From assembly GCF_009914755.1 (NCBI RefSeq), contig NC_060942.1: 64,000 nt of DNA, one strand, 5' to 3'. A program made the translations under genes and the position numbers. The DNA is from the human T2T-CHM13v2.0 reference genome, Homo sapiens. Below are positions 38,435-50,332 of this stretch, piece by piece. The notes beneath the pieces were generated by a model, which saw nothing but the letters and a program-made list of their open reading frames with translations, was not told the DNA's origin and did not search any database. Position 1 is the first letter of the stretch. Each line of letters begins with the position of its first letter.

Positions 38435-39452
38435 CATTCTCAGAAACTAGTTTCTGATGTGTGTCCTCAACTAACACAGTTGTACATTTCTTTAGACAGA
38501 ACAGTTTTGAAACACTCTTTTTGTGGAATCTGCAAGTGGATATTGGGCTAGATTTGAGGATTTCGTTGGAAACGGGATTACATATAAAAAGCAGTCAGCA
38601 GCATTCTCAGAAAGTTCTTTGTGATGATTGCATTCAAGTCACAGAATTGAACATTCCCTTTCACAGAGCAGGTTTGAAACACTGTTTTTGTAGTGTGTGT
38701 AAGTGGACATTTGGAGTGCTTTCCGGCCTAAGGTGAAAAAGGACATATCTTCCCATAAAAACTAGACAGAAGCATTCTCAGAAACTTACTCGTGATGTGT
38801 GTCCTCAACTAAAGGAGTAGAACCTTTCTATTCATAGAGAAGTTTTGAAACGCTCTTTTTGTGGAATCTCCAAGTGGATATTTGGTTAGTTTTGAGGATT
38901 TCGTTGGAAGCGGGAATTCATACAAATTGCAGACTGCAGCTTTCTGAGAAACACCTTTGTGATGTTTGTATTCAAGACACAGAGATGAACATTCCCTATC
39001 ATAGAGCATGTTGGAATCACTCCTTTTGTACTATCTGGAAGTGGACATTTGGAGCGCTTTCAGGCCTATGTTGAAAAAGGAAATATCTTCCCATAACAAC
39101 TAGACACAAGCGTTCTCAGAAACTTGTTTGTGATGTGTGCCCTCTACTGACAGAGTTGAACCTTTCTTTTCATAGAGCAGTTTTGAAACACTCTTTTTGT
39201 AGAATCTGCAAGAGGATATTTGCATAGCTTTGAGGATTTCGTGGGAAAAGGGATTGTCTTCAGGTAAAATCTAGACAGAAGCATTCTCAGAAACTTCTTT
39301 GGGATGTTTGCATTCAAGTCACAGAGTAGAACATTCCCTTTGGTAGAGCAGGTTTGAAACACTCTTTTTTTAGTATATGGAAGTGGACATTTGGAGCGCT
39401 TTCAGGCCTACGTTGGAAAAGGAAATATCTTCCCATAACAACTAGACAGAAG
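38435..39452 (+). repeat. 6-mer HOR variant (1018 bp) joining the end of monomer 5 to a monomer 6/8 hybrid
   Basis: Marker spacing 38461 to 39479. The monomer 5 end CAGGTAAAAT (39261-39270) is followed by a monomer with the monomer-8 signature TTTTTTAGTATATGG (39365-39380); monomer 7 is missing. Confidence 0.95.
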
Positions 39453-42400
39453 CATTCTCAGAAACTAGTTTCTGATATGTGTCCTCAACTAACACAGTTG
39501 AACTTTTCTTTAGACAGAACAGTTTTGAAACACTCTTTTTGTGGAATCTGCAAGTGGATATTGGGCTAGATTTGAGGATTTCGTTGGAAACGGGATTACA
39601 TATAAAAAACAGTCAGCAGCATTCTCAGAAAGTTCTTTGTGATGATTGCATTCAAGTCACAGAATTGAACATTCCCTTTCACAGAGCAGGTTTGAAACAC
39701 TCTTTTTGTAGTGTGTGTAAGTGGACATTTGGAGCGCTTTCCGGCCTAAGGTGAAAAAGGACATATCTTCCCATAAAAACTAGACAGAAGCATTCTCAGA
39801 AACTTACTCGTGATGTGTGTCCTCAACTAAAGGAGTAGAACCTTTCTATTCATAGAGAAGTTTTGAAACGCTCTTTTTGTGGAATCTCCAAGTGGATATT
39901 TGGCTAGTTTTGAGGATTTCGTTGGAAGCGGGAATTCATCCAAATTGCAGACTGCAGCATTCTGAGAAACATCTTTGTGATGTTTGTATTCAAGACACAG
40001 AGATGAACATTCCCTATCATAGAGCATGTTGGAATCACTCCTTTTGTAGTATCTGGAAGTGGACATTTGGAGCGCTTTCAGGCCTATGTTGAAAAAGGAA
40101 ATATCTTCCCATAACAACTAGACACAAGCATTCTCAGAAACTTGTTTGTGATGTGTGCCCTCTACTGACAGAGTTGAACCTTTCTTTTCATAGAGCAGTT
40201 TTGAAACACTCTTTTTGTAGAATCCGCAAGAGGATATTTGCATAGCTTTGAGGATTTCGTGGGAAACGGGATTGTCTTCAGGTAAAATCTAGACAGAAGC
40301 ATTCTCAGAAACTTCTTTGGGATGTTTGCATTCAAGTCACAGAGTAGAACATTCCCTTTGGTAGAGCAGGTTTGAAACACTCTTTTTGTAGTATCTGGAA
40401 GTGGACATTTGGAGCGCTTTCAGGCCCATGTTGGAAAGGGAAATATCTTCCCGTAACAACTAGGCAGAAGCATTCTCAGAAACTTATTTGAGATGTGTGT
40501 ACTCAACTAAGAGAATTGAACCACCGTTTTGAAGGAGCAGTTTTGAAACACTCTTTTTCTGGAATCTGCAAGAGTATATTTGCCTAGCCTTGAGGATTTC
40601 GTTGGAAACGGGATTGTCTTCAGATAAAATCTAGACAGAAGCATTCTCAGAAACTTCTTTGGGATGTTTGCATTCAAGTCACAGAGTAGAACATTCCCTT
40701 TGGTAGAGCAGGTTTGAAACACTCTTTTTTTAGTATATGGAAGTGGACATTTGGAGCGCTTTCAGGCCTACGTTGGAAAAGGAAATATCTTCCCATAACA
40801 ACTAGACAGAAGCATTCTCAGAAACTAGTTTCTGATGTGTGTCCTCAACTAACACAGTTGTACATTTCTTTAGACAGAACAGTTTTGAAACACTCTTTTT
40901 GTGGAATCTGCAAGTGGCTATTTGGCTAGATTTGAGGATTTCGTTGGAAACGGGATTACATATAAAAAGCAGTCAGCAGCATTCTCAGAAAGTTCTTTGT
41001 GATGATTGCATTCAAGTCACAGAATTGAACATTCCCTTTCACAGAGCAGGTTTGAAACACTCTTTTTGTAGTGTGTGTAAGTGGACATTTGGAGCGCTTT
41101 CCGGCCTAAGGTGAAAAAGGACATATCTTCCCATAAAAACTAGACAGAAGCATTCTCAGAAACTTACTCGTGATGTGTGTCCTCAACTAAAGGAGTAGAA
41201 CCTTTCTATTCATAGAGAAGTTTTGAAACGCTCTTTTTGTGGAATCTCCAAGTGGATATTTGGCTAGTGTTGAGGATTTCGTAGGAAGCGGGAATTCATC
41301 CAAATTGCAGACTGCAGCGTTCTGAGAAACATCTTTGTGATGTTTGTATTCAGGACACAGAGATGAACATTCCCTATCATAGAGCAGGTTGGAATCACTC
41401 CTTTTGTAGTATCTGGAAGTGGACATTTGGAGCGCTTTCAGGCCTATGTTGAAAAAGGAAATATCTTCCCATAACAACTAGACACAAGCATTCTCAGAAA
41501 CTTGTTTGTGATGTGTGCCCTCTACTGACAGAGTTGAACCTTTCTTTTCATAGAGCAGTTTTGAAACACTCTTTTTGTAGAATCTGCAAGAGGATATTTG
41601 CATAGCTTTGAGGATTTCGTGGGAAACGGGATTGTCTTCAGGTAAAATCTAGACAGAAGCATTCTCAGAAACTTCTTTGGGATGTTTGCATTCAAGTCAC
41701 AGAGTAGAACATTCCCTTTGGTAGAGTAGGTTTGAAACACTCTTTTTGTAGTATCTGGAAGTGGACATTTGGAGCGCTTTCAGGCCCATGTTGGAAAGGG
41801 AAATATCTTCCCGTAACAACTAGGCAGAAGCATTCTCAGAAACTTATTTGAGATGTGTGTACTCAACTAAGAGAATTGAACCACCGTTTTGAAGGAGCAG
41901 TTTTGAAACACTCTTTTTCTGGAATCTGCAAGAGTATATTTGCCTAGCCTTGAGGATTTCGTTGGAAACGGGATTGTCTTCAGATAAAATCTAGACAGAA
42001 GCATTCTCAGAAACTTCTTTGGGATGTTTGCATTCAAGTCACAGAGTAGAACATTCCCTTTGGTAGAGCAGGTTTGAAACACTCTTTTTTTAGTATATGG
42101 AAGTGGACATTTGGAGCGCTTTCAGGCCTACGTTGGAAAAGGAAATATCTTCCCATAACAACTAGACAGAAGCATTCTCAGAAACTAGTTTCTGATATGT
42201 GTCCTCAACTAACACAGTTGAACTTTTCTTTAGACAGAACAGTTTTGAAACACTCTTTTTGTGGAATCTGCAAGTGGATATTGGGCTAGATTTGAGGATT
42301 TCGTTGGAAACGGGATTACATATAAAAAGCAGACAGCAGCATTCTCAGAAAGTTCTTTGTGATGATTGCATTCAAGTCACAGAATTGAACATTCCCTTTC

Positions 42401-45400
42401 ACAAAGCAGGTTTGAAACACTCTTTTTGTAGTGTGTGTAAGTGGACATTTTGAGCGCTTTCCGGCCTAAGGTGAAAAAGGAAATATCTTCCCATAAAAAC
42501 TAGACAGAAGCATTCTCAGAAACTTACTCGTGATGTGTTTCCTCAACTAAAGGAGTAGAACCTTTCTATTCATAGAGAAGTTTTGAAACGCTCTTTTTGT
42601 GGAATCTCCAAGTGGATATTTGGCTAGTTTTGAGGATTTCGTTGGAAGCGGGAATTCATCCAAATTGCAGACTGCAGCGTTCTGAGAAACATCTTTGTGA
42701 TGTTTGTATTCAGGACACAGAGATGAACATTCCCTATCATAGAGCAGGTTGGAATCACTCCTTTTGTAGTATCTGGAAGTGGACATTTGGAGCGCTTTCA
42801 GGCCTATGTTGAAAAAGGAAATATCTTCCCATAACAACTAGACACAAGCATTCTCAGAAACTTGTTTGTGATGTGTGCCCTCTACTGACAGAGTTGAATC
42901 TTTCTTTTCATAGAGCAGTTTTGAAACACTCTTTTTGTAGAATCTGCAAGAGGATATTTGCATAGCTTTGAGGATTTCGTGGGAAACGGGATTGTCTTCA
43001 GGTAAAATCTAGACAGAAGCATTCTCAGAAACTTCTTTGGGATGTTTGCATTCAAGTCACAGAGTAGAACATTCCCTTTGGTAGAGCAGGTTTGAAACAC
43101 TCTTTTTGTAGTATCTGGAAGTGGACATTTGGAGCGCTTTCAGGCCCATGTTGGAAAGGGAAATATCTTCCCGTAACAACTAGGCAGAAGCATTCTCAGA
43201 AACTTATTTGAGATGTGTGTACTCAACTAAGAGAATTGAACCACCGTTTTGAAGGAGCAGTTTTGAAACACTCTTTTTCTGGAATCTGCAAGAGTATATT
43301 TGCCTAGCCTTGAGGATTTCGTTGGAAACGGGATTGTCTTCAGATAAAATCTAGACAGAAGCATTCTCAGAAACTTCTTTGGGATGTTTGCATTCAAGTC
43401 ACAGAGTAGAACATTCCCTTTGGTAGAGCAGGTTTGAAACACTCTTTTTTTAGTATATGGAAGTGGACATTTGGAGCGCTTTCAGGCCTACGTTGGAAAA
43501 GGAAATATCTTCCCATAACAACTAGACAGAAGCATTCTCAGAAACTAGTTTCTGATGTGTGTCCTCAACTAACACAGTTGTACATTTCTTTACACAGAAC
43601 AGTTTTGAAACACTCTTTTTGTGGAATCTGCAAGTGGATATTGGGCTAGATTTGAGGATTTCGTTGGAAACGGGATTACATATAAAAAGCAGTCAGCAGC
43701 ATTCTCAGAAAGTTCTTTGTGATGATTGCATTCAAGTCACAGAATTGAACATTCCCTTTCACAGAGCAGGTTTGAAACACTCTTTTTGTAGTGTGTGTAA
43801 GTGGACATTTGGAGCGCTTTCCGGCCTAAGGTGAAAAAGGACATATCTTCCCATAAAAACTAGACAGAAGCATTCTCAGAAACTTACTCGTGATGTGTGT
43901 CCTCAACTAAAGGAGTAGAACCTTTCTATTCATAGAGAAGTTTTGAAACGCTCTTTTTGTGGAATCTCCAAGTGGATATTTGGCTAGTGTTGAGGATTTC
44001 GTAGGAAGCGGGAATTCATCCAAATTGCAGACTGCAGCGTTCTGAGAAACATCTTTGTGATGTTTGTATTCAGGACACAGAGATGAACATTCCCTATCAT
44101 AGAGCAGGTTGGAATCACTCCTTTTGTAGTATCTGGAAGTGGACATTTGGAGCGCTTTCAGGCCTATGTTGAAAAAGGAAATATCTTCCCATAACAACTA
44201 GACACAAGCATTCTCAGAAACTTGTTTGTGATGTGTGCCCTCTACTGACAGAGTTGAACCTTTCTTTTCATAGAGCAGTTTTGAAACACTCTTTTTGTAG
44301 AATCCGCAAGAGGATATTTGCATAGCTTTGAGGATTTCGTGGGAAACGGGATTGTCTTCAGGTAAAATCTAGACAGAAGCATTCTCAGAAACTTCTTTGG
44401 GATGTTTGCATTCAAGTCACAGAGTAGAACATTCCCTTTGGTAGAGTAGGTTTGAAACACTCTTTTTGTAGTATCTGGAAGTGGACATTTGGAGCGCTTT
44501 CAGGCCCATGTTGGAAAGGGAAATATCTTCCCGTAACAACTAGGCAGAAGCATTCTCAGAAACTTATTTGAGATGTGTGTACTCAACTAAGAGAATTGAA
44601 CCACCGTTTTGAAGGAGCAGTTTTGAAACACTCTTTTTCTGGAATCTGCAAGAGTATATTTGCCTAGCCTTGAGGATTTCGTTGGAAACGGGATTGTCTT
44701 CAGATAAAATCTAGACAGAAGCATTCTCAGAAACTTCTTTGGGATGTTTGCATTCAAGTCACAGAGTAGAACATTCCCTTTGGTAGAGCAGGTTTGAAAC
44801 ACTCTTTTTTTAGTATATGGAAGTGGACATTTGGAGCGCTTTCAGGCCTACGTTGGAAAAGGAAATATCTTCCCATAACAACTAGACAGAAGCATTCTCA
44901 GAAACTAGTTTCTGATGTGTGTCCTCAAATAACACAGTTGTACATTTCTTTACACAGAACAGTTTTGAAACACTCTTTTTGTGGAATCTGCAAGTGGATA
45001 TTGGGCTAGATTTGAGGATTTCGTTGGAAACGGGATTACATATAAAAAGCAGTCAGCAGCATTCTCAGAAAGTTCTTTGTGATGATTGCATTCAAGTCAC
45101 AGAATTGAACATTCCCTTTCACAGAGCAGGTTTGAAACACTCTTTTTGTAGTGTGTGTAAGTGGACATTTGGAGCGCTTTCCGGCCTAAGGTGAAAAAGG
45201 ACATATCTTCCCATAAAAACTAGACAGAAGCATTCTCAGAAACTTACTCGTGATGTGTGTCCTCAACTAAAGGAGTAGAACCTTTCTATTCATAGAGAAG
45301 TTTTGAAACGCTCTTTTTGTGGAATCTCCAAGTGGATATTTGGCTAGTGTTGAGGATTTCGTAGGAAGCGGGAATTCATACAAATTGCAGACTGCAGCGT

Positions 45401-48400
45401 TCTGAGAAACATCTTTGTGATGTTTGTATTCAGGACACAGTGATGAACATTCCCTATCATAGAGCAGGTTGGAATCACTCCTTTTGTAGTATCTGGAAGT
45501 GGACTTTTGGAGCGCTTTCAGGCCTATGTTGAAAAAGGAAATATCTTCCCATAACAACTAGACACAAGCATTCTCAGAAACTTGTTTGTGATGTGTGCCC
45601 TCTACTGACAGAGTTGAACCTTTCTTTTCATAGAGCAGTTTTGAAACACTCTTTTTGTAGAATCTTCAAGAGGATATTTGCATAGCTTTGAGGATTTCGT
45701 GGGAAACGGGATTGTCTTCAGGTAAAATCTAGACAGAAGCATTCTCAGAAACTTCTTTGGGATGTTTGCATTCAAGTCACAGAGTAGAACATTCCCTTTG
45801 GTAGAGCAGGTTTGAAACACTCTTTTTGTAGTATCTGGAAGTGGACATTTGGAGCGCTTTCAGGCCCATGTTGGAAAGGGAAATATCTTCCCGTAACAAC
45901 TAGGCAGAAGCATTCTCAGAAACTTATTTGAGATGTGTGTACTCAACGAAGAGAATTGAACCACCGTTTTGAAGGAGCAGTTTTGAAACACTCTTTTTCT
46001 GGAATCTGCAAGAGTATATTTGCCTAGCCTTGAGGATTTCGTTGGAAACGGGATTGTCTTCAGATAAAATCTAGACAGAAGCATTCTCAGAAACTTCTTT
46101 GGGATGTTTGCATTCAAGTCACAGAGTAGAACATTCCCTTTGGTAGAGCAGGTTTGAAACACTCTTTTTTTAGTATATGGAAGTGGACATTTGGAGCGCT
46201 TTCAGGCCTACGTTGGAAAAGGAAATATCTTCCCATAACAACTAGACAGAAGCATTCTCAGAAACTAGTTTCTGATGTGTGTCCTCAACTAACACAGTTG
46301 TACATTTCTTTAGACAGAATAGTTTTGAAACACTCTTTTTGTGGAATCTGCAAGTGGATATTGGGCTAGATTTGAGGATTTCGTTGGAAACGGGATTACA
46401 TATAAAAAGCAGTCAGCAGCATTCTCAGAAAGTTCTTTGTGATGATTGCATTCAAGTCACAGAATTGAACATTCCCTTTCACAGAGCAGGTTTGAAACAC
46501 TCTTTTTGTAGTGTGTGTAAGTGGACATTTGGAGCGCTTTCCGGCCTAAGGTGAAAAAGGACATATCTTCCAATAAAAACTAGACAGAAGCATTCTCAGA
46601 AACTTACTCGTGATGTGTGTCCTCAACTAAAGGAGTAGAACCTTTCTATTCATAGAGAAGTTTTGAAACGCTCTTTTTGTGGAATCTCCAAGTGGATATT
46701 TGGCTAGTTTTGAGGATTTCGTTGGAAGCGGGAATTCATACAAATTGCAGACTGCAGCGTTCTGAGAAACATCTTTGTGATGTTTGTATTCAAGACACAG
46801 AGATGAACATTCCCTATCATAGAGCATGTTGGAATCACTCCTTTTGTACTATCTGGAAGTGGACATTTGGAGCGCTTTCAGGCCTATGTTGAAAAAGGAA
46901 ATATCTTCCCATAACAACTAGACACAAGCGTTCTCAGAAACTTGTTTGTGATGTGTGCCCTCTACTGACAGAGTTGAACCTTTCTTTTCATAGAGCAGTT
47001 TTGAAACACTCTTTTTGTAGAATCCGCAAGAGGATATTTGCATAGCTTTGAGGATTTCGTGGGAAACGGGATTGTCTTCAGGTAAAATCTAGACAGAAGC
47101 ATTCTCAGAAACTTCTTTGGGATGTTTGCATTCAAGTCACAGAGTAGAACATTCCCTTTGGTAGAGCAGGTTTGAAACACTCTTTTTGTAGTATCTGGAA
47201 GTGGACATTTGGAGCGCTTTCAGGCCCATGTTGGAAAGGGAAATATCTTCCCGTAACAACTAGGCAGAAGCATTCTCAGAAACTTATTTGAGTTGTGTGT
47301 ACTCAACGAAGAGAATTGAACCACCGTTTTGAAGGAGCAGTTTTGAAACACTCTTTTTCTGGAATCTGCAAGAGTATATTTGCCTAGCCTTGAGGATTTC
47401 GTTGGAAACGGGATTGTCTTCAGATAAAATCTAGACAGAAGCATTCTCAGAAACTTCTTTGGGATGTTTGCATTCAAGTCACAGAGTAGAACATTCCCTT
47501 TGGTAGAGCAGGTTTGAAACACTCTTTTTTTAGTATATGGAAGTGGACATTTGGAGCGCTTTCAGGCCTACGTTGGAAAAGGAAATATCTTCCCATAACA
47601 ACTAGACAGAAGCATTCTCAGAAACTAGTTTCTGATGTGTGTCCTCAACTAACACAGTTGTACATTTCTTTAGACAGAATAGTTTTGAAACACTCTTTTT
47701 GTGGAATCTGCAAGTGGATATTGGGCTAGATTTGAGGATTTCGTTGGAAACGGGATTACATATAAAAAGCAGTCAGCAGCATTCTCAGAAAGTTCTTTGT
47801 GATGATTGCATTCAAGTCACAGAATTGAACATTCCCTTTCACAGAGCAGGTTTGAAACACTCTTTTTGTAGTGTGTGTAAGTGGACATTTGGAGCGCTTT
47901 CCGGCCTAAGGTGAAAAAGGACATATCTTCCCATAAAAACTAGACAGAAGCATTCTCAGAAACTTACTCGTGATGTGTGTCCTCAACTAAAGGAGTAGAA
48001 CCTTTCTATTCATAGTGAAGTTTTGAAACGCTCTTTTTGTGGAATCTCCAAGTGGATATTTGGCTAGTTTTGAGGATTTCGTTGGAAGCGGGAATTCATA
48101 CAAATTGCAGACTGCAGCGTTCTGAGAAACATCTTTGTGATGTTTGTATTCAAGACACAGAGATGAACATTCCCTATCATAGAGCATGTTGGAATCACTC
48201 CTTTTGTACTATCTGGAAGTGGACATTTGGAGCGCTTTCAGGCCTATGTTGAAAAAGGAAATATCTTCCCATAACAACTAGACACAAGCGTTCTCAGAAA
48301 CTTGTTTGTGATGTGTGCCCTCTACTGACAGAGTTGAACCTTTCTTTTCATAGAGCAGTTTTGAAACACTCTTTTTGTAGAATCCGCAAGAGGATATTTG

Positions 48401-50332
48401 CATAGCTTTGAGGATTTCGTGGGAAACGGGATTGTCTTCAGGTAAAATCTAGACAGAAGCATTCTCAGAAACTTCTTTGGGATGTTTGCATTCAAATCAC
48501 AGAGTAGAACATTCCCTTTGGTAGAGCAGGTTTGAAACACTCTTTTTGTAGTATCTGGAAGTGGACATTTGGAGCGCTTTCAGGCCCATGTTGGAAAGGG
48601 AAATATCTTCCCGTAACAACTAGGCAGAAGCATTCTCAGAAACTTATTTGAGATGTGTGTACTCAACTAAGAGAATTGAACCACCGTTTTGAAGGAGCAG
48701 TTTTGAAACCCTCTTTTTCTGGAATCTGCAAGAGCATATTTGCCTAGCCTTGAGGATTTCGTTGGAAACGGGATTGTCTTCAGATAAAATCTAGACAGAA
48801 GCATTCTCAGAAACTTATTTGGGATGTTTGCATTCAAGTCACAGAGTAGAACATTCCCTTTGGTAGAGCAGGTTTGAAACACTCTTTTTTTAGTGTATGG
48901 AAGTGGACATTTGGAGCGCTTTCAGGCCTACGTTGGAAAAGGAAATATCTTCCCATAACAACTAGACAGAAGTATTCTCAGAAACTAGTTTCTGATGTGT
49001 GTCCTCAACTAACACAGTTGAACTTTTCTTTAGACAGAACAGTTTTGAAACACTCTTTTTGTGGAATCTGCAAGTGGATATTGGGCTAGATTTGAGGATT
49101 TCGTTGGAAACGGGATTACATATAAAAAGCAGACAGCAGCATTCTCAGAAAGTTCTTTGTGATGATTGCATTCAAGTCACAGAATTGAACATTCCCTTTC
49201 ACAGAGCAGGTTTGAAACACTCTTTTTGTAGTGTGTGTAAGTGGACATTTGGAGCGCTTTCCGGCCTAAGGTGAAAAAGGACATATCTTCCCATAAAAAC
49301 TAGACAGAAGCATTCTCAGAAACTTACTCGTGATGTGTGTCCTCAACTATAGGAGTAGAACCTTTCTATTCATAGAGAAGTTTTGAAACGCTCTTTTTGT
49401 GGAATCTCCAAGTGGATATTTGGCTAGTTTTGAGGATTTCGTTGGAAGCGGGAATTCATACAAATTGCAGACTGCAGCGTTCTGAGAAACATCTTTGTGA
49501 TGTTTGTATTCAGGACACAGAGTTGAACATTCCCTATCATAGAGCAGGTTGGAATCACTCCTTTTGTAGTATCTGGAAATGGACATTTGGAGCGCTTTCA
49601 GGCCTATTTTGAAAAAGGAAATATCTTCCCGTAACAACTATGCAGAAGCATTCTCAGAAACTTGTTTGTGATGTGTGCCCTCTACTGACAGAGTTGAACC
49701 TTTCTTTTCATAGAGCAGTTTTGAAACACTCTTTTTGTAGAATCTGCAAGAGGATATTTGCATAGCTTTGAGGATTTCGTGGGAAACGGGATTGTCTTCA
49801 GGTAAAATCTAGACAGAAGCATTCTCAGAAACTTCTTTGGGATGTTTGCATTCAAGTCACAGAGTAGAACATTCCCTTTGGTAGAGCAGGTTTGAAACAC
49901 TCTTTGTGTAGTATCTGGAAGTGGACATTTGGAGCGCTTTCAGGCCCATGTTGGAAATGGAAATATCTTCCCGTAACAACTAGGCAGAAGCATTCTCAGA
50001 AACTTATTTGAGATGTGTGTACTCAACTAAGAGAATTGAACCACCGTTTTGAAGGAGCAGTTTTGAAACCCTCTTTTTCTGGAATCTGAAAGAGTATATT
50101 TGCCTAGCCTTGAGGATTTCGTTGGAAACGGGATTGTCTTCAGATAAAATCTAGACAGAAGCATTCTCAGAAACTTCTTTGGGATGTTTGCATTCAAGTC
50201 ACAGAGTAGAACATTCCCTTTGGTAGAGCAGGTTTGAAACACTCTTTTTTTAGTATATGGAAGTGGACATTTTGATCGCTTTCAGGCCTACGTTGGAAAA
50301 GGAAATATCTTCCCATAACAACTAGACAGAAG

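Larger units (their letters stand above)
26..50332 (+). repeat. 8-mer HOR domain (37 units: 34 8-mers of 1357-1360 bp, two 6-mers, one 8+4 unit)
   Basis: The marker ORF 'MSSTNT' starts at 52, 1411, 2771, 4131 ... 48999, 50359. Monomer lengths 167+171+167+171+171+171+171+171 sum to 1360. Confidence 0.97.

Noticed and set aside
1-50332. Alternative assignment to another SF2 array with ~1.36-kb or 0.68-kb periodicity (chromosome 20 or 2)
   Set aside because: Coexistence with a 2035-bp 12-mer fits D18Z1 better. It is not formally excluded without aligning to HOR consensus models.
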